A stretch of DNA of 63,958 nt, the filler included, from Craspedostauros australis (Eukaryota): NCBI GenBank assembly GCA_030167865.1. It is 8 parts of 8 records of this genome, joined end to end, with 100 filler letters (N's around TTAATTAATTAA, not from the genome) between each part and the next. Parts side by side here need not be neighbours in the genome. Positions count along the whole stretch, not along the records: positions 1 to 31,673 come from JALAGF010003574.1; 7 more parts are not named here. The stretch is one strand, 5' to 3'. A program made the position numbers and the translations under genes. The notes under the pieces are model-generated. The model was given only the letters and a program-made list of their open reading frames with translations. It was not told the origin of the DNA and searched no databases. Shown one piece after another: positions 11,265-23,431 of the stretch (the stretch's first letter is position 1; each line of letters starts with the position of its first letter).

Positions 11265-14200
11265 CTATCTCATTCGAGCTGCTGTCGGTGTTGATCTCGC
11301 AGCGATAGAGGCCGCGACGAAGCCATTGTAATCCAATCGCACTCCCAGATTGGCCATCACTCCCGTGGCTGTGTGCGAATTCAAGTGCGTCATGAAGTCC
11401 GCCAGATCTGTGGTGAACACCTCGCCGAATTGATGGATCATTTGCTGGTAGGCTGGGCTCGATACTTCCCTGTCGACTCTGTAGCTTTGACGCAGCGTCA
11501 ACGAGACGGTCTCTTCTCGCAACCGGGTGAGGCTCTGGTGCAACGAACGCTTGTCTTTGGAAACGACGCCGACGTTCAGATTCGCCTGAACTGCGGTCTG
11601 TCGCTCCGCTGCCAAGTCCATGTTTTCCTCCACCTGTCATGATTATTGCCGAGAGGAATGAGAGTATGAGAGAAAAGTTCTGGGTGAGTGACAGTTCGTC
11701 GTCCAATCCGTCACCATCAAATCCATAGCAACCAAAGCATATCCACACCCAAACATACACTCAACCATACACCCACATGCCACGGCAAGCAATCCCACGC
11801 TGCACTTACTATGCCGGTTGTTTTCATGAACTGTGTGATTTGCTCAGCAAAAAGTGCGCACGTTTTCAGCAACTTCATCAGGCTCGCCAGGAGGTGAGTG
11901 CTCGTCAGTAACGATGCATCGATGGTGCGTTGCAAGAATTCGTCGTGAATTCGCAGAATGTCGTCGACGGTATGATCCGACGAGACCGTGCCGTTGGCGG
12001 TGACCTTCGAGGTGCCCAGCAGCGCGCTTTGCATCTCGATCCAATGGGACTCCACGACATCGAAGGACAAGTAACACGAGAGGTTCTGCAGGCAGTGTGC
12101 CATGCGCTGCCGCAGCAGGTACGTCGGGCCCAAGGCACCTCTCAGTGAAAAGTCGATCCGTTTCAATGACTGCAGATCGTCCCACACGCTCGCGAGTCGA
12201 TTCTCCACGTGCTTCACGAGAAAGATCTGTCGGAAGAGAGTCTGATATTGCTGCATGGATTGGCGGGAGAGCAGCAGCGACAGCGGGAACGGTATCCTTG
12301 CGAAATCGATCGTCAACGATTCCACGCCCGTCAACGGCCAAGGTAGCTGCGCGGCTTGATCGCTCTCATTGGTCTCCTGCCGTGCAATTTGATCCAGCAG
12401 ACTCTCGTTGGCGAAACGGCAACGCAAGGACATGGGAAGCTGCTGGCACAAGCGTCGTTGCTGATCTTGTCCGAAGTACGAAGGCAGGTCGTCGGGAACA
12501 CCCTGCGGGAGCTCGGCTTGCTGGATGGCCGTTCGCAGGTACTGTTGCACCCGTCCCGTCGCCACTTGCGTTGTGTCCTTGATCAATTCTCCGGTCGCCG
12601 ACTCCAAAAAGTTGGTCAAGAACTCTCCTTGGTCCAGCAGGAAGAACCGTTTCACGATGAGTAGCGACTCTGTGACATTGAATTTGTCGAACAGCAGCTG
12701 CATAAGCTCCCGCGATGCTGTTTGGTACATACGATCAATGTGCGAGGAGATCGCGGAATGGTCCGACTGGTTGAGGAGCGGTGGCATGCTGGACAGAGCC
12801 GCCGGCGCGGTGCTGGAACCATGGATGCGACACACTCGGATGGCCGTCCAGTACTTGCCGGATGTCAAGATTCTGTGCTTCAATGCATCGGTCGTCACCA
12901 CTCGCTGCAGCACATGCTCTTCGTTGATTCCAAACAGGCCGGCCCATTCGTCGCCGTTCAATGCGACTGACTCCGACTCGTTCCTTGGAATGCCAGAAAG
13001 AGAGCCGCTGGCTGTTGCAGCAAGGCCACTGGCGTTGCCATTGTTGCCAATGCTATTGTTGCCGCTGCCGTTGCTATCGCCTGGAGAAATCATAAACTCG
13101 GAGTATGGATCACGCAGGACACCCTTCTGTACCCACGACGCCATCATCTCCATGTAGGGCACAGACGATCTGTCGAGGATGATCGTGAGGACTCGATCGG
13201 CCACAACATCACCGAGATAGGCTCGGGTGCCCAGGGAATGCAATGCGTTGAGGAGTGCGCCGCCCTTCTTGTCGGAGATGGCGTTGATCGCGTTTTCCAA
13301 TACCGTCATCGAGTGCAATGATGGCGTGATTTGGAAGTAGAGGTTCTTCATCGTGAGCGAGTCACCGTCTCGGAATTTGCTTTCGAGATTCATGACGAAC
13401 CCCGTGTACTCCTTGAGCAGCTGATCAACCGCCTCGCAGAATGCGTGCATGACCTTACCGCATTCGTAACCGGGATGGCGCTTGCCCACAAAGTTGCGCA
13501 CCCGAACGAAACTTGTGGAAAGCGGCAAGATTTGTTCCACCAAATTCCGAAGGCTGACGTCAAAGATGATGCCGTAAGCGTTGAAGAGGTTGAATTCGAA
13601 GTCGGCGAGGTTGTGGTCCTTCGCTTTGACCTGCTTCATGCGAATGTGCCGTCCCTCCAATCCCAAGAAGGAACCGATAACTTCATCCAGCAGGATGTGC
13701 TCCTTCCACTCCGACGACAACGAGCCGACGCACGACTCTTGGATGCGTTCCACGTCAGCAGCAATATGCGACAGGCCCCGGTGGTGGAACAAGGTCGATT
13801 CGATCTTGGCGCTTCTCTGATTCCTCCCGGGATGCAACAGGTACGATCCAGTCAAGAACAGTCGTTCATCATGCTCCATTCCCATGATCCACGGTGGCAG
13901 CGGCGGGCAGTGGGATGAGATGATCTGGAAGGCTTCCCGTTCTGTCGGAATGACCTTGGAATGGTCCTGCAAACGATCGAGCAGCCCGCCACTGCTGGTG
14001 TCGCTGTCGCCGTGGTTCTGTTGCTGCTGGTAGGAATCCGTGAGGATGGCAAGGGCGCCTTTGCCATCAATCGACAGGATTCCACCGCAGTATCGATTCC
14101 TCATTATAATCGGCCGCCCGGAGGATACGGGAAAATTCTGCGTTGCAAATTTGGATTCTTCTTCAGGTTTCGCCATGGAGGCCCGACCCAGCAGGATGGA

Positions 14201-16504
14201 CTCGCCTGGCAGGTTGGGCAGCACCATCCAGTGCTCGCATGGTCCAGCAGTGCTGTTGTAGAAGCCGACTTCGTATCTGTTTTGCGATCCGCTTCTACCG
14301 GCTTTGTAAACTCCAAGCTTGCGTCCTTTCGACGAAGGTGATGAAAAGGTCACGGTGTCGCCCGTCATGATCTTGGCCTCGTTGCCTTCACCGGCGCCGT
14401 CGATCTTGGAGATGATCAAGGTCTCCTCCTGCCGACCGAGACATCTGCCGCTTTGCTTGGCAAGGATCTTGGTCTCTGCGCCGTCCTTGACCTTCCTGGT
14501 TTCGATTGTGCCCATGGTGCAATAGGATCTTAGCATGATGGACGCCTTTGAGTTGATGGGCATTCCTGTGGCTTCTCTATTGATGAACTTCGGATGTGAT
14601 TGCAAGGTCGAGTCATGAGAAGCCACGGATGATCCCTTGTGCATTCTGGGCATTCTACCGGGCGAATGCGAATGCAACGGCGGTTTTGAATAGACACCGC
14701 CATGACCGCTGGGACGACGGTTGGGATTCGATTTGGAAGTGTTGGGAGAGGAGCTGAGAAGCATGGAGGATAGCTGCTGTACACCCGGAGACGTGGCACC
14801 GCTTCTGTCTTGTGCATTTTGCCTGATATCTGTACTTGCGTTGTTGTTCTCGATTGCGTGGTTAGCGTGAAGCTCTGCTTCCATGTCATTAGACGGCATG
14901 CCATACTGCTGCGGTTGCTGCCGCACTTGATGTGCGCCGTTCATGAGACCTCCATTGTCAACGTGTCCGTGCACCGCATCGCGTTGTTTCGGAAACGGTG
15001 GATGGCTGTGCATGGCGTCACTCTGATTGTGCGACATTTGCTGCGCAGTGCCGACGACGCCATTCGCGCTGAAGCTATATTGGGCCATGTCTGGTTGCTG
15101 CTGATGTTGCGGTTGCTGTGTTTGATTGAACCACGAAGGCGTCCCTGGCCCATCGGACGGAATCGTTGTCGTGTGCTGCGGCTGCTGTTCTTGCTGCTGA
15201 TATCGTTGTTGGGAAGGATACGAGTTGACTTGATCTATCACGGTGGTGCGACGTTGGGAAATTGATTGCATCGCTTGATGCTGCTGCAGATTCTGTTGTT
15301 GCGAGTATTGAAACTGCGATTGTGTGATCTTGTTGCGGCGTGCCTCCAACGGACTTTCAAACCTCGATTTCTCTGGCGATGGCTGAAACTCTTGTTCGTG
15401 CTGTGCTGCTCCATTGGCCGCACCCATGGGCTGCCGTTGCTGCTGCGCATGCCCGGCACCATTCACCCTGGCCTCCAGCAAACTGGATCTTCCTGTCGAG
15501 TGGTCAAAATTGAACTTGCGCTGCTGCGTCTGGGTCGTTCGGTTGGCAGCGGAAGCTGCGGTGTTGGACGGGGACGCCGATGGAACTTGCTGGTGTTTCG
15601 ACGACCAATTCTGAGCGGTAGGCGTGGCTTCACCATTGATTGCGACTGATGGCGAAACCTGCTCTCTTGGTGACGCAGCATGCACAGTCGTCGTAGTGCT
15701 GGTTGGTGTCACCGTGTTTGCAACCTGCGTTCTACTCATCGTCGTCGTCGTCGCCGTGTGCTGTTGCTTCGAAATCGATGAAGTCATGTTGCGATTCATG
15801 AGGGCCTGCCGCGTCATTTTCATCTCCCTGTACGCGGAGGGTGCGCCCGTTCGACCAGCAGCATTCGATGACGATGCAGCTGCCGTCGCTGTTGCCGTTC
15901 TGTTCAAGGTTTGACTGGAGGTCATCGTCGCGCTCGTCGTGGTGGCCGTCGTCGTCAATCCGCTCGTTGCCAAGGTCCCACCATCATCCATCGTTTGACT
16001 CGTCGGCGACACGCGCTTCATGCGATAATCCATCTGCCGCTGTTGCATCGAGAGCAGCCGCTTCGTGAAGGTGTTCCTGTCTCGTCTTTTGACAGGAGAC
16101 GATGACGACGACGATGACAGAGCCGGCTGGGAGGCAGTCGTTGATGGTATTCTGTTGGCCGCTCGCTCTGCAGGATACTTCGGGATTCCGGCCGTGGAAA
16201 CCGCCGTGCCGTTGCGCTCATTGTGGATGGTTGCAGGGGAGGTATCGATGGCCAGCGATGGTCGCTGTGGAGTGGATGCAAGTCCTGTTCTGCGAGTGTT
16301 GCTCTGCGCTGTCAATGCAGACACAGGCGCTGGAGTTGCCCGGGATCTCATCGTGGTGGTGGCTGCTGCTGCTATTCCATGTGTGGAGGTGGCCCGCTGC
16401 GCGGATGCGGAGGTCGCTGTCCCCGCCCTGGCCTCCACAATCGCAGCGGCTCTTTGGCGTTTGCGTGCCAACGCGATCCTGGCCGCTGACGTATCCTTCC
16501 TCAT
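11265..16504 (-). CDS. GCP2: Gamma-tubulin complex component, GCP2/Spc97-like, with long N-terminal extension; intron 11634-11809
   Basis: EHILLDEVIGSFLGLEG, KKGGALL, PYMEMMASWVQKGVLRDPYSEF, ILTSGKY, KRFFLLDQGEF, and a terminal LGVRLDYNGF in the last exon after a GTAAGT..CAG phase-0 intron. Confidence 0.88.
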
Positions 16505-17024
16505 CTTGATTCCTGCTCTCCTTCTCTTGGATGGTGATGTCTCTGAAGATGCTGCGAATGAGCGTCGCTGGATGCCTATCAAGCCACAAAGCACTCTTCT
16601 TGTATGGTATTGCTCTCAAGTGTATCGTTTCCACAAGAGAGCGAGATGATGGTGGACAAATGATGGTGAGAGACGACAGATTGCGGGTTCAACAGAACAC
16701 CTCTTCGCACACCCAAGTTTGGGTTTTGTGGTTTTGTTTGTCAAGATTTGAATTCGTGTGTGACTGCGCGCGCCAGTCGTTGCATTCAAATCGTGGCGCC
16801 AAATCAACCAGGCTAAGACAACGAAGATAGATAAGGCAGGCATACCCGCAGACACACAATACTACCAATACGAGTAGTGTGAGACGAGTGTGATCTCAAT
16901 CATGTCTCTAGAGAGAGCCGATCCAGAGTACATGACAGGCTTATACAGAGCATCGCAACATAATCCAGTGATCTACGCATCCATGCTACCCACACACATC
17001 TTCATATATTGTATAGTAGGGCCA

Positions 17025-18371
17025 TCACGTGAAAGAATTGGCAAAGGAGAACCACTCGAAGAAGTTGCTGGGTCGGTATTGGAACCAGAATCCGGGCCGA
17101 TGCTGCAGCCACGAGTATTTGCGCAGCGGTACGGGACGATTCAACGGGACCGCCCAGCCGTGATCATCACGCAATATGCGGCTCAGATCCGTGAGGCATT
17201 TGGATCGCGTCATCATGTGTCCGCTGCCCGTGCTGATGCCGTTGAACAGCCCCAGGTCCTGCACCTTGCCCTCGACGTAGACTGGCGGGGCGGGCACGCC
17301 CTTGCCATTCATGCTGGCCGTGTAATTCGCCACCAAAAGGGACATGGCCACATCCTCGCAATTCATGTGCTGATCGACGTAGTCCTTGATTTCTTGGGGC
17401 AGGGCGCTGCTCGTGTACAGTTCCATGTACTTGGAGTGCAGAAAGCTGGCCTTGGTCAGGATGAAATTGAACTTGTGCCGCACGTAGACGTGGGGCCATG
17501 TGTGGTACACCAGCTCGGTTGTGCTGGTGGGGTCAGCACGCGGAGGCGATGCGATGCGCGGGTAGTATCCTGCCATGGATTCAGGACGCGCCTTCCATGC
17601 CAGGAAACCCCGCGTCAGCGATGGGCACGCCACGCGGACGTCATCGTCGACCATGAAGATGCCCGTGGATTGAGATTCGGGGATTGGCTCGAAGCGGCTG
17701 TTCAGGGAATCCTTGTCCACTTGCAGCACCTTGACCTTGGAGTGCCTCAGCGGCAAGTTGGATGATCCCGACTTCCTCAGCCCGCTGCTCGTGTCCGCCG
17801 TCAGAAGTTCCTCTGGTGTGGGCAGGGCGACACCCTGCTCCGCCCAAACGACGAAGACCTGCCCAACGCCTGCACCTGGACCACACGTGACCGCGTAATG
17901 CTGCACGGCCTTGCGCAGCATCTCGGGCCGTTTGTACGTATTAATCACCACCGTGAACAGCATCTCGTCGGGCTGCAGAGGTTGCAGCAAGGATGGATCA
18001 AACCCGTAGCGATGGAACAGCACATCCCATGTGCCGATCACGACATGGAACATCACGGAGAACAGGAGGATGCCGAACAGCCACTTGGAACGTGGTGACA
18101 GCAGCTTCCACTGCAGCAGCATCTTCCTCAGCAGGAAGACCTGGCTGCTCCTGCGTGCTGGATTGCGCAGCGTCTTTGCATTGTCCGACCTTGAAGACGA
18201 CGATGACGATGACGTCTGTGCTTTGGAACCGCCCTGGCTTGCAGGATCCGAGCCGAGGTTGCTGCTGCTGCTGCTGCCGCTGTTGCTGGAGATCAGCTGC
18301 TCGAATTCCGAATCGTTGTCATCGTTGCGGTTGTTGCGTGAAACAAGCTCCATCTTCTTGTGTCTCTTCAT
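17025..18371 (-). CDS. Glycosyltransferase family 64 (EXTL2/EPC1-like), type II membrane protein
   Basis: N-terminal TM helix, FTVVINTYKR, SLNSRFEP, MVDDD (DxD), ILTKASFLH, NCEDVAMS, R.KCL. Confidence 0.92.
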   Translation of the reverse strand: MKRHKKMELVSRNNRNDDNDSEFEQLISSNSGSSSSSNLGSDPASQGGSKAQTSSSSSSSRSDNAKTLRNPARRSSQVFLLRKMLLQWKLLSPRSKWLFGILLFSVMFHVVIGTWDVLFHRYGFDPSLLQPLQPDEMLFTVVINTYKRPEMLRKAVQHYAVTCGPGAGVGQVFVVWAEQGVALPTPEELLTADTSSGLRKSGSSNLPLRHSKVKVLQVDKDSLNSRFEPIPESQSTGIFMVDDDVRVACPSLTRGFLAWKARPESMAGYYPRIASPPRADPTSTTELVYHTWPHVYVRHKFNFILTKASFLHSKYMELYTSSALPQEIKDYVDQHMNCEDVAMSLLVANYTASMNGKGVPAPPVYVEGKVQDLGLFNGISTGSGHMMTRSKCLTDLSRILRDDHGWAVPLNRPVPLRKYSWLQHRPGFWFQYRPSNFFEWFSFANSFT

Positions 18372-18971
18372 GGGCAGAGGTATAATAGGTCGTAACGAAG
18401 GAAGCAGTGGACGCTATGTTTGGCAACTGCGTGCAACTGCGAGTATGAACACCCAACCACTCATGCACAACACAAGAGTGAATCACGTGGGTTTACAATT
18501 GAGGAGGCAAAGAAGCATCTCGAAACTGAACACACGGAACAGACACGAAACAAAAAGGCGAACATGATGTCTATCTAGTCCTTTTCTAGTTTCATTCTTC
18601 GAAATACGAGTGTAAAATGGAGCTGTACTATTCATAATTTCAAGGCTTCAATCCGACAAGCTGTTCATGAACATAGGCTACTGGTATCTCTACTATACAG
18701 TCTAGAGCGAGGATGTTGAAGAACTTGACGCAGGTCCATGCACACCACTGCATCATAACTCCTTCTGTGTGTTGACACACAGCAGCTAGAGAAGTATAAT
18801 ATATATAGTGGTAAAAGACAGCGATTCACTAGCAATATGGTGGATGTGATTTGTTGGTTCAAGATCTCATCTCCAATTCGCCCTTCCTGTTTGACGCTTC
18901 AATCGGCCTCGTTCAACTCTCATGCGAAAGAGATTCGACATCGATACCAACGATCATACCAGCGATCGAGC

Positions 18972-20552
18972 TCAGCTGAAGGCAATGCCAATATCGATCG
19001 CACTCACGACGCCCAAAAAGAGCATGCAATCGCGGAAAAGCTCGCGATTCTGCCGTCCTGTGCCCTGCTGCACCAGAAGGTTCTCACGGTAGCTCTTGAC
19101 CAGCTCTTCTCCCACGCGATCTAAATGGGCAAAGTGCTCCGTCTGGACTTCGCGGAATTCTGCCAGCGAGATCTTGGGTTCAAGCTCGACGTAGCGCTTG
19201 CGTCCGCTCCAGCCCGAATCGATCAAGACGGAATCGATGCTGTTGTCCTGATGCACTTTGTCTGCCCATGCGTAGATGCATCTCAACCGGTGATCGATCT
19301 CCACCTCGTTCATGAAATGCTCCTTCGTCGTCTTGGCGAACAGACGGATGAGGGTCTTCTTGATTTTGGTCTCTCTGCGACGTGCGAAGAAACCCTGTCT
19401 GGTTGGCGCTTCGACTTCATCATCTTCGTTGTCGTCGTCGCCGCTCGGCTTGGATTCTGACGACGCGGATGGAAAGGCTGCCCTGACCGGATGCGCTTCG
19501 ATGGCATCATTCAACAATTCCGTCAACGCCATCTCCACCGGCTTGACGGCCAAGTACGCGACGTTGTTCATTTCCGCCTCATCCAACAACCCATCGCTGT
19601 CATGATCTTGGAGGTCCCATATGGCAGCGACGCGATCCTGACAGGTTCCCAGCAAGAATGTGAGGACGCATTGCGTCAGTTTGTCGCCATCCAGCATGGA
19701 TCGCTGCCGGCTCAATTCCTGCTGTTCGGTGGCTGCACGGTCGACGTCGGAATCGGAGACGGTCGTCAGAGTCTTCCAGGACTCCTGCAGATGTTGCAAT
19801 GCCGACTTGGCAAGGTGCAAGCGTAATCTGATCACCGCATTCTGAAATCGCACATCATTCAAGTCGTCGTCGTCTCCATCGACAACACCGCCGGCCTGGT
19901 CTGCAGCACGACCCACGCTATCCGCCACCAGATCTTCAATGGTCGTATCGATGTCTTCCAAGCTGACTTCGGCCGGATCGTAGTAATCGCGCACATCCTT
20001 CAAGCACCGCGACGCCGGCACCTCGAGCAGCGCATCATCGATCCATTGCGTAATGACCGCGACCTTCGTGAGGAGGGTCGGCTCCGTGATGCCGTCCATG
20101 TCCGTGTTTTTGAACTCCGCTTCGATCTTGGTTTTCAATTCCTGCAACGCCGCGGGCACGGCGTCTTGCGTCGCCAACTTATCCACCGTCTTGGCGATGA
20201 GATGAATGCCATCGGCCAGGTATAGATCCAGCATCTGATCTGGCGTGGCGGCATCGTCCAACGTCTTTTGATCTTCCTTCAGCTCCGTTCGCAGCTCGGC
20301 CAACTTGTCGCGCTTGGCCGATGTGGGTGCCCAGACTCCGCCCGTCGTGGTGTCGGCGGCGCTGGGGATTCCTACGGCCGGTGTGGTCGAGGGTGGCGCT
20401 GCGCCCGCCATGGGGCTGAATCCCATCAGTCGATCGGAGAAGGCCCGATGAGCGATCTTGCAAGGGGGCGTGTCTGGAGAGTTGACACGATATTGCAGAT
20501 GGCGCAAGGAGCGACCGTTGCGGACCGTCTTGGATACCAGTCGCTGCATCAT
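18972..20552 (-). CDS. EF-hand-containing protein with a mitochondrial-like presequence and C-terminal TM anchor
   Basis: Arg-rich, acid-poor N-terminus (MMQRLVSKTVRNGRSLR..RAFS), EF loop DHDSDGLLDEAE, hydrophobic C-terminus. Start inferred. Confidence 0.68.
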   Translation of the reverse strand: MMQRLVSKTVRNGRSLRHLQYRVNSPDTPPCKIAHRAFSDRLMGFSPMAGAAPPSTTPAVGIPSAADTTTGGVWAPTSAKRDKLAELRTELKEDQKTLDDAATPDQMLDLYLADGIHLIAKTVDKLATQDAVPAALQELKTKIEAEFKNTDMDGITEPTLLTKVAVITQWIDDALLEVPASRCLKDVRDYYDPAEVSLEDIDTTIEDLVADSVGRAADQAGGVVDGDDDDLNDVRFQNAVIRLRLHLAKSALQHLQESWKTLTTVSDSDVDRAATEQQELSRQRSMLDGDKLTQCVLTFLLGTCQDRVAAIWDLQDHDSDGLLDEAEMNNVAYLAVKPVEMALTELLNDAIEAHPVRAAFPSASSESKPSGDDDNEDDEVEAPTRQGFFARRRETKIKKTLIRLFAKTTKEHFMNEVEIDHRLRCIYAWADKVHQDNSIDSVLIDSGWSGRKRYVELEPKISLAEFREVQTEHFAHLDRVGEELVKSYRENLLVQQGTGRQNRELFRDCMLFLGVVSAIDIGIAFS

Positions 20553-21015
20553 CTTCGTGTTGCTGTCGTTATTATAGTTGTTGTGAGCGTCTATTATACT
20601 TTGCGTGCGAGCTGGTTTGATACGCAGATGAAGAACAAACCGATGTGGCGAGTGACCGCAGCGATGATCTTGTGGGTGATGTCTCCTCGAGTGTCCCCTT
20701 TGATGTGTTTCCTTGATGCGTGTTTCTGTTGTCATGAGATTTGTTCCGATTCATGACTGGATCCATCAGTGGACTCAATGGATGGTCGCGAGCTTTTTGG
20801 CGCCAACCGATCATGCACAATGGAGTGTAGGTCAGTTGGTCGTGTAAGCGTAGCTTCGTTGGACACAACAACAATCACACCATCATGATCAGAAGGGTAT
20901 CATTGTCACCCACAGATTGGGACATAACAGTACGGCATGGCTTTCAGCTTTCTATAACACAATTAGAATTCTATGTCTACACACGATGGCACACTGGGAT
21001 TGGCACACGACATGA

Positions 21016-21304
21016 TCACGCAAATACTGGCACGCCAGTGAGGGCGCTCGCCAAAAAGACGCCGCTGGTACCCATGGCAACCCATGCGACGATACCGATG
21101 GCGAACATGAGCCCGATGGCCTTGCCACGCGAGCATCCCAGCCTGTGTTGGACGTTGTTGAGGCATCGTTCCACACGCGGGCACAAGGCCACGGCGACGC
21201 CGATGCGGACGGGACGTAACACCGTCACGATGGCGTAGAGGCCAGCATATGCGGACAGCAACGTCTTCCATTGGCCTGGTGCGAATGGTGAAAGTCCCGT
21301 CTGT

Positions 21305-21347
<43 letters not shown>

Positions 21348-22178
21348 ACAAGATGGAAGAGTAAGATTGTTTGCATGTGGTGGTTGGTGGTATGGATAAG
21401 CACATGTATGATGCATGTGCAGACGTAGAACATGGAAGGAGATGTGACATCAATTCATCACATCAGCAAGGAAGCAGCGAAGAAAAGCAGGAAAGAGTGT
21501 CAGGAAATCATTGAAGGATACTTCTGATTTTGCGAACTCGGCTGGCCAAACACGTGCAAGTTGTTGCGTTACACATGCAGACGTATGGTACTTGTAGGAC
21601 GACTGCCATTTCGGCCACAGTGCTATGACACGCACCGCACTTACCCTCGAACAGGCGATGAACCACGATAACGTGAAAGTGATGGCACCGTTGAAGTTGC
21701 TGACGTAGTTGTACGAGAGCGCGAAGGTGGTGCCGAGCTTGGCCATCTTGGCCCGATCGATCTTCGTGGCATTCGTCACGACCCTTCGGATTCGTCGCAG
21801 AAACGGAACCGAAGGCGTCGCGACAACCAAGCCGTGGTTCTCGATGTCCGCGTCCAACGTGGCCGTCTCGAGATCTTCGGGAGCGAGGAGGATCTTCGGC
21901 TGCGCCGTTGCGGCATGTTGCGATGATTGGTGTTTGGGAGAGAAGTTGTTGGGGAGAGGTTGCGGGTAATGCAGCTGCGACTGCGATCTCGACTGCTGCT
22001 GCGGTTGCTGTTGATGTTGCTGGCAGGTCTGCTGGGGACGGAGATTGGCGGATGTCGCCAATCCGCGGTTGCCGACCAATCGTTGGTTGAGAGCATCGGC
22101 GAACATGATGCCGTCTGTGTTGCAGAGCAAGACGAGGGAGGAGGCGATCGCAGAGTGCACGAATGGATGCAGCTTCAT
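21016..22178 (-). CDS. Small, probably plastid-targeted membrane protein (DUF1279/FAM210-like); intron 21301-21644
   Basis: Signal-peptide-like start MKLHPFVHSAIASSLVLL. The phase-0 splice gives KLGTTFALSYNYVSN..SR|TGLSPFAPGQWK..VLRPVRIGVAVAL.P, with a C-terminal TM helix. Confidence 0.72.
21308..21344. repeat. (TG)n microsatellite next to an intron acceptor
   Basis: About 18 TG units. Confidence 0.92.
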
Positions 22179-22261
22179 GTTGATCGATGGTTGAGATAGC
22201 TGAGATCGCTGAGATGGATGAGAATGAGAACGATGAATGTGGTGACCAAATGAGGTTGTTG

Positions 22262-22315
22262 CTGACGGATGCCTGACGGATGCCTGACGGATGCCTGACG
22301 GATGCTGACGAATGC
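22262..22315. repeat. 11-bp tandem repeat CTGACGGATGC x4 plus one degenerate unit
   Basis: Read directly from the sequence; lies about 85-135 bp upstream of the ATG at 22178. Confidence 0.9.
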
Positions 22316-23431
22316 AGAGGATGAGGTGGTTGGCGACTCTGTGTTGGTGGTGGTGTGGTCGTCTGCGTTGTTCAAGATGTTGGACAACAGTTGCTCCAGT
22401 TGTTGCGTTTATACTCAAGGAGTGCTCTATTGTGAGTACTCTGCTCTTCTTTTATGTGAGAGGAGCGTGTGATGGGAACCGATGGAGTCTGATCAGAGAT
22501 GTGGCTTCGCGTGTGGTCACGTTGGATTGTAATGAGAACAAGGGAATCGTTTTTCCCTTGGACCGTACAAGGCGCAGAGTCACGTAACTTCTCTCTTCTT
22601 GTTGGAGGCTGGCGTTTTTTTGCAAGGGAAGAGATCGACCAGACACTCTGCGCAGACACAAAGAAAGATCAACAGGCTCCACGCCGACCAACCAAATCAC
22701 CCGACACACGAGAACACCCTTCAACAACGCCAACGATGATGACAACGACAACAGCAGACCACGACTGCGTGTCTGTAGCCGAAAACACGCACAAGAACAA
22801 CAGAACGGTTTTTGTCGACAACGCTGACTCAACCACGCCGAGAGAGGCTAAATTAGTAGATTTCGGCCATCGTGTTGTGTGACGCATCCACTTCGCTGTC
22901 ACGCAAACAGACAAACTTACGAATTGCGTCGCTCATCGTGCCCAGAACACAATTCTTCCAACCGAGGCTCGACTAAAATTTTTAACAAATCAAGCAATGG
23001 AGACGGTGACGTCAACAAAGGCGTGAGGATCCACGAATTAACTAAATCTACATACATCACGGTTACTTTTGAACTTGTACTGTTTCCGTTCACTTTGATG
23101 GCTTCCGTTCTTCTGTTGGAGTGTTGCCGTCCATCAAGTCATTGATTGCTTGTTCTGTTGTTCTTCTGTTCTGGTTGGCTCCACATACTATACTCTTGAG
23201 TAGTGCTATACAATACCTTGCGTTGACGCCACCATGTTCTTCCTCACAAACTTCCTGACTTTCACGATCGTCGCATGCAATGCACCGTCACGGAACTGCT
23301 CGCTTCCGACAAAAGAAGAGTGGATGGAAGGAAGTTGTGCGAGTTGCTTTCATGCATGCAATGCCATGCGCGTTGCCATGCTTGTGCCTGTTCGACGGAT
23401 GCTGTGTCCTCGTCGTCTCAACCAGCTTCTC

